From contig CAVRGP010000002.1 of assembly GCA_963720755.1 (NCBI GenBank), forward strand, positions 256,001 to 320,000: a stretch of DNA of 64,000 bases, given 5' to 3'. The notes under the pieces are model-generated. The model was given only the letters and a program-made list of their open reading frames with translations, was not told the DNA's origin and did not search any database. This DNA is from an uncultured Chloroflexia bacterium (lineage in GTDB: Bacteria > Chloroflexota > Limnocylindria > Limnocylindrales > CSP1-4). Position numbers and translations under genes: made by a program. Of this stretch, positions 30,458 to 40,811 are shown piece by piece. Each line of letters begins with the position of its first letter. The first letter of the stretch is position 1.

Positions 30458-31644
30458 GTGTTCGACGACGTCATCGGGCAGGGCGCGGCCATCGAGGTGC
30501 TGACGGCCGCGGTCGCGGCGTCCCGCGGCGAGGCCGGCGTTCCGACCGCCGCGATGACCCACGCCTGGCTGTTCACCGGGCCGCCGGGATCGGGTCGGTC
30601 GGTGGCTGCCCGCGCGTTCGCCGCCGCTCTGGAATGCGAGTACGGCGGCTGCGGGCAGTGCTCGCACTGCCGGACGGTGCTGGCCGCGACCCACGCCGAC
30701 GTCCGGACGGTCACGCCCGAGGGCCTGACGATCTCGGTGAAGGAGATGCGGGCGGTGGTGCAGCTCGCGGCCCGGCGGCCGGCGACCGGCCGGTTCCAGA
30801 TCGTCCTGATCGAGGACGCCGACCGGCTGACCGAGGGCGCGTCGAACGCGCTGCTCAAGGCCGTCGAGGAGCCACCGCCGCACACCGTGTTCCTGCTCTG
30901 CGCGCCGTCCACCCACCCCGACGACGTGTCGGTGACCATCCGGTCCCGGTGCCGGGTCATCTCGCTGCGCACCCCGTCGGCCGACTCGATCGCCGAGGTG
31001 CTGGTCCGCCGGGACGGCATCGACGAGCAGATGGCGCGCTGGGCGGCGTCGGTGTCGGCCGGTCACGTCGGCCGGGCGCGGCGGCTGGCCCGCGACCCCG
31101 AGGCCCGCGAGCAGCGCCGGCGGATCCTGGCCGTTCCCGGGGCGCTGCGCAGCATCGGGGACGTCTTCGTCGAGGCCGACGAACTGCTGTCCACCGCCGA
31201 GGGCGAGGCGAGATCGCAGTCCGGCAGCCGGGACGCCGTCGAGCTGGAGGAGCTCAAGACGGCGCTCGGCGCAGGCGGCACCGGAAAGGGCGCCGTCGGC
31301 GCGGCCCGCGGGCACCGCCGGCGTGGTCAAGGAAATGGACGCCGGCAGAAGTCCAGGGCCACCCGCACCCAGCGGGACGTGCTGGACCGGGCGCTGGTCG
31401 ACCTGTCCGGCTTCTACCGGGACGTCATCGCCCGGAGCCTCGGCTCGACCGCCCCCCTGATGAACCCCGACGTCGAGTAGCGGACGTCGACGTGGCCGCC
31501 TCCCGGCTCGGGTCGGTGGGGGCGCTGCAACGGCTGGACGCGGTGCTGGCCTGCCGGGAGGCGATCGAGCTGAACGTCAAGCCGCAGATCGCCGTGGAGG
31601 CGATGATGATGGCGCTGTTCGCCGGTCCGGTGAAAGGCTCCTGA
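30458..31644 (+). CDS. holB: DNA polymerase III subunit delta' (frameshifts near 31310-31480)
   Basis: HAWLFTGPPGSGRS, CGQCSHC, IEDADRLT...NALLKAVEEPP, TIRSRC, NVKPQIAVEAM. Confidence 0.93.
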
Positions 31645-31693
31645 CCCCGACCCACTCTGACGAACCGCTCGGACACGGCACGGACGGCGCCGC

Positions 31694-32194
31694 TCAGGAC
31701 GACGGCCGCACATGGGGCAGTGGCTCGCCCGCGTGCCACACCTCGCGGATGGTGACTGTCACGAACCGCCAGCCGTCCGGCGTTCGGCGCAGTGTGCAGT
31801 CGTACCAGCCGGCGCCGTCGGCGTGCCGGGAGGTGTCCTGGCCCAGCAGGTGCACGCCGAGCAGGTAGGAGCGGGTGCGGGCCAGGTCGCCGTCGATCTC
31901 GATCGCGTGGTTGCTGCTCAAATGCCAGGTGCCGCTGTATTGCCCGAGCGCCCGCGTACTTCCGGTGCGCATCAGTTGTTCGTGCCCCTCCAACCGCAGG
32001 CCCGGTCCCGCGGTCAGCACCCCGTCCGGCACGTAGAGCGCGGTGTTCCCGGCCCAATCCTGCTCGTCCAACGATCGGGCGAACTCGACCAGCAGGTCGC
32101 TGATCCGGGCCCGGTCCACCAGCCACTGCAGCTGGTCGATCGGGTCGGTGGGCGCCACCGGGTGGATGGGCGCTGGGGTCGTGGAGGTCGTCAT
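31694..32194 (-). CDS. SnoaL/NTF2-like (nuclear transport factor 2 fold) protein
   Basis: DRARISDLLVEFARSLDEQDW, TWHLSSNHAIEIDGD, YDCTLRRTPDGWRF. Confidence 0.85.
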   Translation of the reverse strand: MTTSTTPAPIHPVAPTDPIDQLQWLVDRARISDLLVEFARSLDEQDWAGNTALYVPDGVLTAGPGLRLEGHEQLMRTGSTRALGQYSGTWHLSSNHAIEIDGDLARTRSYLLGVHLLGQDTSRHADGAGWYDCTLRRTPDGWRFVTVTIREVWHAGEPLPHVRPSS

Positions 32195-33176
32195 CGCGGT
32201 CCTTCGTCGGTCGCGTCGTGAGAGGCAGGTGGGTGGTCGCCGGCCGGCTGGGTCCGGTCGCCGGGCGGGGCGAGGGTGGCCGCGGCCTCCCGCAGCAGCG
32301 ACTGCAGCCACCGGTGCCCGGGGTCGGCGGCGCGGGACGGATGCCACCACATCGCCTCGACCAGTTCCGGCAGGTCGAGGTCCAGGTCCAGCAGCCGCAC
32401 ACCGGCGGAGGCCTGCAGGGTGCGGGCCAGTCGTTCCTGCAGCACCCCCACCCGGCTGGTGCCGGCCAGCAGAAACGGCAGCGCCAGGAAGTTCTCCATC
32501 ACGACGTCGATATGTCGTTCGACCCCCGCCAGCTTCAGGTGGTGGTCGGCGGGGGTGAACTGGGTCGGTCCGTTGTAGGTCAGTATCCACCGCAGCGGGC
32601 CCAGGCAGTCGCGGTGATCGGATCGCACGGCACGTCGTTGGCGGGAGCGGCGCAGCCCGACCCACTTGTCGCGGAACAACTCCTGGGAGGGCAGGTCCTC
32701 CAGGAATCCGAAGGGCAGCACCATCAGGTCGACCGACCGCAGGGCTCGCGGCGGCGTCGTCCACCCCCGCCCGGTCGACCTGCCGGATCCGCAACCGCAC
32801 ATCGGGGGCCCGTTGTTCGAGCAGTTCCAGGACCCGGCCGCCCAGCACGGTCAGCGCGTAGTCGGACATCATCAGGGTGAATTCGCGGGTGGAGGACTTC
32901 TCGTCGAAGACCGGGCGCGCCGCGAAGGTGTGCGACACGTACGCAGTGCGACCTCGGACTGGTCCAGCAACGAGGACGCCGAGCGGGGTCGAGGATGAAA
33001 CGTTGCCCGTCCCGGGTGAGCAGGTCGTCGCCGAAATGCCGGCGGAGCCGACCGAGGGCGGCGCTCATCGCCGGCTGGCTCAGCCCGATGCTCTCGCCGG
33101 CCCGGGTGACGTTGCGTTCGGTGAGGAGTGCATGCAACGCCACCAGCAGGTTCAGGTCGATTCCGGGTAGGTCCAT
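32191..33176 (-). CDS. LysR-family regulator, NodD/LinR-like (frameshifted)
   Basis: [48 protein letters not shown]; WWHP...DPGHRWL. Confidence 0.9.
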
Positions 33177-33259
33177 CCCGCCGACCTCCTTGTCGCCGCC
33201 AGCTGTGTCCCGCCCACCATGCCCGAGTTCCCCGGTGCGCGCCGTCGATCGTGACACTG

Positions 33260-34535
33260 TCAGTCGTGGGTGCCGTCGAGTCGCTCGGTCGTGCGCCGCA
33301 GTGCCAGCAGGGTGACGGCGGCCATCACGGCCGCGCCGATCCCGAGCACGCCCAGTGCCGGCTGGAGCCCACCGGCTCCGACGGCGATCGCGGCGATGAT
33401 CAGTGGGGAGAGGAACTCGCCGACGAACAGGGTGCCGGTCCACAGACCGACTCCGCGGCCGCGTTGCAGGAAGGTGAGCCGGTTGACCGCCCAGGTCAGC
33501 AGGGTGGGCAGCAGCATGCCGGTGCCGAAGCCGGTGAGCGACGGCGCCGGCGGTGATCACCGGCACGCGACGTCGGTCGCGAAGGTCAGCAGCAGACCGA
33601 TTGCGGTGAGGGCGAACTCGGCGGGCAGCAGCACCCGGGGGGAGAGCCGGGACAGCTTGCCGAACACGATCGCCCCGGCCGCGGTGGCCAGGGACATGGC
33701 GGCGCTGATGCGCGCCGATGGTGGCGGTGGAGGTGATGCCGACCTCGGTCAGGACGAACGACAGTTCGACGATCAGCGCGTAGAACACGATGCCGCCGAA
33801 CAGCGTGACCAGGCACGGGCCGAGCAGCTTGCGCCATGGCACGGGCTCCAGCCGTCGGCGCCCTCGACCGGTGCCGCGGGTCGGGCCGGCTGCCACAACA
33901 GCGCGGCCATCGGGATCACCAGGAGCAGCGCGACGAGGTACAGCCAGAACGGCGTCCGCCAGCCGGACGCGCCCAGGATGCCGCCCAGACGCCAGGAAGA
34001 CGGTGGCGGACAGCGCGGCCACCAGGGTCTGCAGGCCCAGGTACCGGCTGCGCTGCGGCCCGGACCAGTAGTCGCCGATCAGCGTCGTGCAGCAGGTCAT
34101 GATCGCCGCCTCGCAGACGCCGACCAGCACCCGGCTGCCGACGATCGCGCCGAGCGAGTTCAGGTACAGCGGCGCGGTGCCGAAGATCGCGTAGGCGATC
34201 ATCGCGACGAGCAGCAGCCGTTTGCGGTCCAGCCGGTCGACGATGACGCCGGCGAACGGCGCGGTGAGGCCGATCAGCAGCGCGGGCACGGTCAGCACGA
34301 TCGGCACGAGCACCTCGACTCCCGGGGTGCCGGCGAAGGCTGCCGTCATCTGCGGCAGGACCGGTGCGATCAGCACCGCGCCGAGCACGGACATGCAGCT
34401 ACCGGCCAGCAGCAGGATCAGCTGCGCCATCCCTGGGGTGCGGCTGGGCGCGCCGGCACGCCCGTTCGGTGAGTCGGGTGACCCGGCAAGCGGGGTCACG
34501 GGGGTGTTCAGGACGGTGTCCTCGGACATGGTCAT
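33260..34535 (-). CDS. MFS transporter (frameshifted)
   Basis: Multiple TM segments, [13 protein letters not shown] motif A, RGRGVGLW. Confidence 0.85.
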
Positions 34536-34668
34536 CACCTGGTTCGTCGTTGGGCCATGGCGGATATGGGGTTGACAGTCATGAGTCGCGGCAGTGGCCG
34601 CGACGAGCGGGAAAGACGGTTTCAGCCGGCCGGGATGGCGGAAGAGCCTGGATGGCGCCAGAGAGAAG

Positions 34669-35525
34669 TCAGTGCCCGGTGGGTGGTCCGGCACGTGCCG
34701 GCACACCTGCCGGTGGCCGAGCCGGAGCGCCGGGCAGCACCATCGACCAACCGCCGTCGATGACGAGATTCGCTCCCGTCATGTACGACGACTCGTCGCT
34801 GGCGAGAAACACCGCACAGGGCGCGATGTCGTCGGGCTCACCGATCCGGCCGAGCGGGATGTGGTCCGCGATGCCGTACATCGGATGCTCGGGGTTGCCG
34901 AAGATGTCGTCCCGGGTGGCGGGCGTCATGATCATTCCGGGGCTGATGCAGTTGACCCGGATCCCGTGCGCGGCGCCCTCCGCGGCGAGTTGCCGGGCCA
35001 GTGCGACGATCCCGCCCTTGGTGACGGTGTGCGCACTGCGCATCAACGTCATCGACCCGGTCAGTCCGGCCGTGGAACCCACCAGGATGACCGAGCCGCC
35101 GCGTTGTTTCAGGTGCGGCCAGGCGTGCTTGGTGGCCAGGAACACCACATCGAGTTCGTTGCGCAGGGTGAAGTGCCAGTCCTGCAGGATTCCGCCTCGA
35201 TCGGGGCGAAGCGGGTGGCGCCGGCGTTGTTGTACAGAACGTCGATCCGGCCGTATCTGGCCGCCGCGGCGTCGACCCAGTCGCGGACGGCGGCTTCGTC
35301 GGTGAGGTCGAGGGGGTGGCTGCTGTCCATCCGCCCGCCGCGTTCGGTGACGGCCTGAACCGTCTGCTCGGCCCCGTCCGGTTTCAGGTCGCAGCCGACG
35401 ACGATCGCGCCCTCGTCGGCGAACCGGATCGCGGCGGCAGCGCCCTGCCCGCCGCCGGTACCGGTGATCAGCGCGACCTTCCCGGCTAGCCGCCTCCGAC
35501 GAAGTCGTGAGGCGCCATTGGACAC
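34669..35525 (-). CDS. Short-chain dehydrogenase/reductase (frameshift ~35185; start approximate)
   Basis: [23 protein letters not shown] at the YxxxK position, [14 protein letters not shown]. Confidence 0.85.
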
Positions 35526-35581
35526 GGCGAGAGAGTCTCCCCGTACTTTCCAGACACGCTCCGCCTGCCCGCCCGTCGGCA

Positions 35582-36709
35582 TCAGGCGGGCCGGCTGATC
35601 AAGGCGTTGACCCGCCCCATCAGCCCGGCGACGTCGGCATGGCGGTCACCGGCGAGCAGCCACCCGGTGAGCTGCAGGGAGCCGGCCACCACCGCCGACG
35701 CGCGGGCCAGCCGGCGGTCGGTGAAGGCGTCGAACAGGTTCTGGTCCAGCACATCCCGCTCCAGCAGCAACTCGGCCAGCACGGCGGCGTCCTCCAGGGC
35801 CATGGCCGCGCCGAGGGCCAGCGTCGGCGGGCAGGCGTGCGCGGCATCACCGATCAGCACGACCCGGCCCCGGTTCCACGCGCCGTCGATCAACAGCGAC
35901 TCGAAGTGCGTGTAGTTGATGCGCGCCGGGTCGGTGATGTCCTCCCGGATGGCGTCCCACGGGCCGTGATATCCCTCGGCCAGGGCGCGCATCGCCGCGA
36001 CCTGTTGTTCCGGGGTGTCCTGTGGCCGGTCCTGGCTGCGCTCCACCAGGTAGGCGTAGAGCGTGTCCGGCCCGGTGGGGCAGTAACCGGCGATGAAACA
36101 GGGTCCGTCGTAGATCAGATCCGTGCGAGTGACCTCCGCGGGCCGCTTGGCGTGCACCCGCCAGATACCCATGCCGACCGGTTCGGGCTGGACGTCGATA
36201 CCCAGCTGGGCGCGGGTCCGGGACCTGATGCCGTCCGCCCCGACCAGCAGGTCGTAGCGGCCGGTGCCGCCATCGGAAAAGACGACGTCCACGCCGTGCT
36301 CGTCCTGGCGGAACGATTCCACCGACGTGTCGAGCCGAACCTTGGCGCCGGCATTGACAGCGGCCCTGGCCAGCACCTCGGCCAGTTTCGGCCGGTAGGC
36401 GCCCAGGGTGGCGGGCAGGTCGGGGCCGCCGGTGCGGGCGTCCGGGAGTTCGGCGAGCAGCTGCCCCCCGGCCGACCGGATGCCCAGGGAATCGAAGGGG
36501 TAGCCGTCGCGACGCAATTCGTCCCAGACCCCGACGTCGCGGAGCACTCGCAGAGCCGCCCCCTGCAGGGTGATCCCCGACCCGTAGACGGTGAAATCCG
36601 TCTTCTTCTCGACGATCTCGACGGCGACGCCGGCTCTGCCGAGCAGTGCCGCAAGGGTGCAGCCGGCGGTGCCGCCGCCCACCACAAGGACGTTGTGAAC
36701 GCTGGTCAT
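35582..36709 (-). CDS. Group A flavin-dependent monooxygenase (PRK06847/FdeE-like)
   Basis: VLVVGGGTAG, LVGADGIRS, GRVVLIGDAAHACPPTLALGAAMALEDA; RBS AGGAG. Confidence 0.9.
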   Translation of the reverse strand: MTSVHNVLVVGGGTAGCTLAALLGRAGVAVEIVEKKTDFTVYGSGITLQGAALRVLRDVGVWDELRRDGYPFDSLGIRSAGGQLLAELPDARTGGPDLPATLGAYRPKLAEVLARAAVNAGAKVRLDTSVESFRQDEHGVDVVFSDGGTGRYDLLVGADGIRSRTRAQLGIDVQPEPVGMGIWRVHAKRPAEVTRTDLIYDGPCFIAGYCPTGPDTLYAYLVERSQDRPQDTPEQQVAAMRALAEGYHGPWDAIREDITDPARINYTHFESLLIDGAWNRGRVVLIGDAAHACPPTLALGAAMALEDAAVLAELLLERDVLDQNLFDAFTDRRLARASAVVAGSLQLTGWLLAGDRHADVAGLMGRVNALISRPA

Positions 36710-37089
36710 CGTTGACTCCTGAATTGATCTTAAGGGTTTGGCGGCGCTGCCAAGAACCGAACCACGGCCGTTCCCGGTGCGGAAATAGTTTGTCGACATG
36801 AACGGCATCCATCCGGCAAATACCTGCTGACCGTGCCGTGCGGGGCACGGCGGGTGATGGGCCCGGCACCGCGACTGACCTGCGGCGACAGCGCCCGGCC
36901 GAACGCGTGGGTAGGCAGCGCCTGGTCGGCCGCGATTGCGCATTCATCGGGCTGATAGCCGGTATATCGATCGACGATGCGCGGCTGGCGAATTGCCCGC
37001 TAGGTTGGCCGATATCGCTGAACAGGAGGGTTTTCGTTGACGACAAACAATGGTCGGGAACATTCCGGGATCAGGCCGGTCCTGCACCG

Positions 37090-37947
37090 ATGACGGATCC
37101 AGGCATCAGGCAACGGGGCGGGGTCCAATCTGCCGCGGGAACCGTCGGGACCGGCCGGCTCGCCGGCAAGGTCGTGGTGATCACCGGAGCCGGGCAGGGC
37201 CAAGGCGCCGCGCAGTCGGCCTCCTGCCGCGCTGCCGGTGCGAGGGTCATCGGCCTGGACATCGTGCCCGGTGCGGGCCTGCGGCGGCATGACGTCACGT
37301 CCGAGAGCGATTGGGCTGCACTGGCTGCCGATCTCACCGACCGGTTCGGCGTCGTGCACGGACTGGTCAACAACGCCGGCATCACGCACCGCGCGAGGCT
37401 GCTCGAGCTCACGGCGGCGGACCTGAACCGGGTGCTCGCGGTGAACCTGAGCGGCCCGTTGCTCGGCGTTCAATCGTTGGCACCGCTGATGGGCCACGGC
37501 GCGTCGATCGTCACCATCGGGTCGGTGGCAGCCGTCACCGCGCACTACCCGGCGGCGTACACCGCGAGCAAATGGGCGTTGCGCGGGCTGATGCAGGTCG
37601 CCGCGATGGAGCTCGGACCGGCCGGCATCCGGGTCAACACGATCCATCCGGGCTTCATCGACACTCCGATGACGGCGTCCGCGTCGCCGGCCTTCCTGAC
37701 CGCGAACCTGGCCGCCACCCCACTTGGCCGGGCCGGGCAACCGGGGGAGGTGGCCGACCTGGTGGTGTTTCTGCTGTCCGACGCCGCCGCGTTCATCAGC
37801 GGCGCCGAGATCCCGGTGGACGGTGGCCAGACCGGGCACGGCGGCGCCAAGTCGATCTCCGATGCGCTACGGCCGCACACGGACCCGGCCGCGAGTCCGC
37901 CGTCAGATGTCACCGCGCCAGCGGCAGGGGTGACCCCAGCGGGCTGA
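37090..37947 (+). CDS. Short-chain dehydrogenase/reductase
   Basis: TGAGQGQG, VNNAG, YTASK, IRVNTIHPG. Confidence 0.9.
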   Translation: MTDPGIRQRGGVQSAAGTVGTGRLAGKVVVITGAGQGQGAAQSASCRAAGARVIGLDIVPGAGLRRHDVTSESDWAALAADLTDRFGVVHGLVNNAGITHRARLLELTAADLNRVLAVNLSGPLLGVQSLAPLMGHGASIVTIGSVAAVTAHYPAAYTASKWALRGLMQVAAMELGPAGIRVNTIHPGFIDTPMTASASPAFLTANLAATPLGRAGQPGEVADLVVFLLSDAAAFISGAEIPVDGGQTGHGGAKSISDALRPHTDPAASPPSDVTAPAAGVTPAG

Positions 37948-37990
37948 GGGTGCCCGGCACATTCCGGCAGACCGCGTACCGTCACCACCC

Positions 37991-38818
37991 ATGGGCATGC
38001 TCTGCGCGGTCACCTTTACCGCAAACGGCCAACTGCACTACGCCGATCCGGGCGAGTTGCGGCCCGAGGTCGGTGACATGGTGCTGCTGCCCACCGATCA
38101 TGGTGCCGTCGCGGCCCGGGTGGTGTGGGCGTCGGAGTATTCCGGTGAGGACACCGAGGGATTCCCGGTGCTGTTGGGGCCGGCGACCGACAAGGATCTC
38201 GCGGTCACCGAGCAGATGCGCAAGACCAAGGCCCGCGGAATGGTCGCCAGCCGCCGGCTGATCCGGGAGCACGGGCTGCCGATGAAAGTGTTGGCGGTGG
38301 ACCCACAACCGGCCGGCGGCAAGATCGTCATCTACTACTCCTCGCCGGAGACGGTGGACTTCCGGTCGCTGCTGCGGGACCTGTCCGCGACCCTCGGGCA
38401 GCGGATCGAACTGCGCCAGCTCGCCGCTCGGGACGCGGTGCGGGTGACCGGTGCGATCGGCTCCTGCGGCCGGGACACCTGCTGTTCCACCTTCCTCAAG
38501 GACTACGAGCCGATCACCCTGGCCATGGCCCGCGACCAGGACCTGCCGGCGAACCCAATGCGGATCTCCGGTGCCTGCGGTCGGCTGATGTGTTGCCTCA
38601 AGTACGAGCACCCGCTCTACCAGGACTTCAAGGCCACTGCCCCCGCCATCGGCGAGGACGTCGACTCACCGGCCGGGCCGGGACGGGTCGTCGGACATTC
38701 GGTGCCTGGGGATTCGGTGGTGATCAAGCTGGCGGCGGACGGATCCAAGCAGGTCTGCCCGGTCGCCTCGGTCTGCGGGTCCCGCAAGGCCTACGAGGAG
38801 CGGCACCCCGACCGCTGA
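37991..38818 (+). CDS. ricT: PSP1 domain protein / RicT (YaaT) family
   Basis: VDFRSLLRDL, IGSCGRDTCCSTF, ISGACGRLMCCLKYE. Confidence 0.9.
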   Translation: MGMLCAVTFTANGQLHYADPGELRPEVGDMVLLPTDHGAVAARVVWASEYSGEDTEGFPVLLGPATDKDLAVTEQMRKTKARGMVASRRLIREHGLPMKVLAVDPQPAGGKIVIYYSSPETVDFRSLLRDLSATLGQRIELRQLAARDAVRVTGAIGSCGRDTCCSTFLKDYEPITLAMARDQDLPANPMRISGACGRLMCCLKYEHPLYQDFKATAPAIGEDVDSPAGPGRVVGHSVPGDSVVIKLAADGSKQVCPVASVCGSRKAYEERHPDR

Positions 38819-39179
38819 CGGGCGGACCACTCTCTGCCGCACACGGTACTGATCCCCAGGCGCCCGGTGTCCGGGGCTTTGCCACCCCGGTGCGGCGCTG
38901 TGCGATCGCCGTGTCCCCTCTGGGGAAGACGCGGTGCCCGCAAAAGAGTCCGGAACGACGGCAAGGGTGGGGCTGGGAACGGGCGGCGAGGCCAGGCTCC
39001 CCACCAACGGAGATGGATTGCGCGGCCACCGCCTTCATCCTGAATTCGATCTCGTTTTGATAACGAATCTGTGATTCACCTGATAATTGCGTCACAGCTG
39101 GGTAACGGTAAGGACGGCCGGAGGAATTTCCGGCTGCGCCCCCACAAAGGGTGCAAAACGTCCTGTTCGGGAGGCAAGA

Positions 39180-40724
39180 GTGCGAAGAAGCACAATGCTG
39201 GTGACGGCGATCGTCGGCGCGACGATGCTGGTTCCGGTGGGTTCGGCGGCGGCGGTCGACGACGTCAACACCCAGAAACTGCGCAACGCCGTGACGGTCA
39301 GCGGGATCCTGAAACACGAACGAGCACTGCAGCAGATCGCCAACGCCAACGGCGGCACCAGAGCGTCCGGTACCCCCGGCTTCGACGCGTCTGCGGCCTA
39401 CGTCATGGGCAAGCTGCAGAAGGCCGGCTACCAGGTCTCCCAGCAGAGCTTCGAGTTCCCGTTCTACGAGCTCCTGGGCGACGCCTCCCTGGCTCAGGTT
39501 TCGCCGACCCCCACCGACTACGAGACCTCGACCGTCGACTACTCGGGCTCCGGCGACGTGACCGGCACGCTGGTTGCGACGAACACGATCATCATCCCGC
39601 CGACTCCTGCTCCCAGTTCGACGTCGGGCTGCAGTGCTGACGATTACGTTCCAGCGTCCGCGACCGAACCTCAGGTCGCGTTGATCCAGCGCGGCACCTG
39701 CACCTTCGGAGAGAAGGTCGCCTTCGCCGAGGCTGCGGGTTATGACGCCGCAGTGATCTTCAACGAGGGTCAGCCGGGCCGTGACGCCCTGCTCGACGGC
39801 GTGACACTCGGCGCTCCGGCGGGCATTCCGGTCGTCGGTCTGAGCTTCGCCGACGGCGCGGCTCTGTACGCCGCCACCCAGGCCGGTGCCGTGACGATGG
39901 CGGTCAGCACCCAAACCCTGTCCGAGGTCCGCACGACCTCGAACGTCATCGCCGACACCCCCGGCGGCGACCCGACCAAGGTCATCGTGGTGGGCGCGCA
40001 TCTGGACTCGGTCAACGAAGGCCCGGGCATCAACGACAACGGCAGCGGCACCGCCGTCAACCTGGAAACCGCGATCCAGATCAGCAAGCTGAAGGCGCAG
40101 CCACGGCAGCAGATTCGCTTCGCCTTCTGGGGTGCCGAGGAGTCCGGGCTACTGGGTTCGGAGTACTACGTCGCCAACCTGGACGGCGACGCCCTTTCCA
40201 AGATCTACGCGAACCTGAACTTCGACATGCTGGGCTCGCCGAACTACGCGCGCTTCGTCTACGACGGCGACGGTTCCAGCGGTGATCCCGCCGGCCCGCA
40301 GGCCGGTGGCCCTCCCGGATCGGCCCAGATCGAGCAGGTCTTCACCGACTACTTCGCCAGCCAAGGCCTGGCGACCGCGCCGACCGCTTTTGACGGGCGT
40401 TCGGACTACGGCCCCTTCATCGCCGCCGGCATCCCGGCGGGTGGCCTGTTCTCCGGTGCCGAGGGCATCAAGACCGATCAGGAGGCCATCGACTTCGGCG
40501 GCATCGCCGGTCAGCCTTATGACGCCTGCTACCACCAGGCCTGCGACAACATCAACAACCTGAGCACCAAGGCGCTGTTCGAGTTGGGCGACGCCGCGGC
40601 GGACGCAGTGTGGACGCTGGCTCGTAGCAAGAGCGGATTCTTCGAGGACGGCAGCCGGATGGCCGCCCGTTCCGCAGTCTCGATGGATCAGTTCGACTAC
40701 AAGGGCAGCCACCTGGTCCGCTGA
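39180..40724 (+). CDS. Secreted M28 aminopeptidase with PA domain
   Basis: Signal peptide, IQRGTCTF, GAHLDSV, NDNGSG, WGAEE, NFDM, YHQACD. Confidence 0.93.
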   Translation: MRRSTMLVTAIVGATMLVPVGSAAAVDDVNTQKLRNAVTVSGILKHERALQQIANANGGTRASGTPGFDASAAYVMGKLQKAGYQVSQQSFEFPFYELLGDASLAQVSPTPTDYETSTVDYSGSGDVTGTLVATNTIIIPPTPAPSSTSGCSADDYVPASATEPQVALIQRGTCTFGEKVAFAEAAGYDAAVIFNEGQPGRDALLDGVTLGAPAGIPVVGLSFADGAALYAATQAGAVTMAVSTQTLSEVRTTSNVIADTPGGDPTKVIVVGAHLDSVNEGPGINDNGSGTAVNLETAIQISKLKAQPRQQIRFAFWGAEESGLLGSEYYVANLDGDALSKIYANLNFDMLGSPNYARFVYDGDGSSGDPAGPQAGGPPGSAQIEQVFTDYFASQGLATAPTAFDGRSDYGPFIAAGIPAGGLFSGAEGIKTDQEAIDFGGIAGQPYDACYHQACDNINNLSTKALFELGDAAADAVWTLARSKSGFFEDGSRMAARSAVSMDQFDYKGSHLVR

Positions 40725-40748
40725 CCTGAGTGCTGCTCCACCACGCCG

Positions 40749-40789
40749 CGGCCCGGCTTCGACCCCTGCACGGGGTCGGAGCCGGGCCG
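40749..40789. terminator. Bidirectional stem-loop between convergent genes
   Basis: CGGCCCGGCTTCGACCCC-N5-GGGGTCGGAGCCGGGCCG 18-bp stem. Confidence 0.75.
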
Positions 40790-40811
40790 TCGGCTTTGAC
40801 CCGCCGATGAC

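Noticed and set aside
31694-34706. Long MFS-LysR and LysR-SnoaL fusion ORFs in the ORF track
   Set aside because: These are frameshift artefacts; each gene has its own start and family motifs.
39070-39096. CRP/GlxR sites upstream of the aminopeptidase
   Set aside because: Each candidate has only one good half-site (TGTGA-N6-TGATA, TGATA-N6-TCACA).
39111-39164. Hammerhead ribozyme or c-di-GMP riboswitch
   Set aside because: Lacks the CUGANGA/GAAA hammerhead core and the GEMM consensus; kept only as an unassigned structure.
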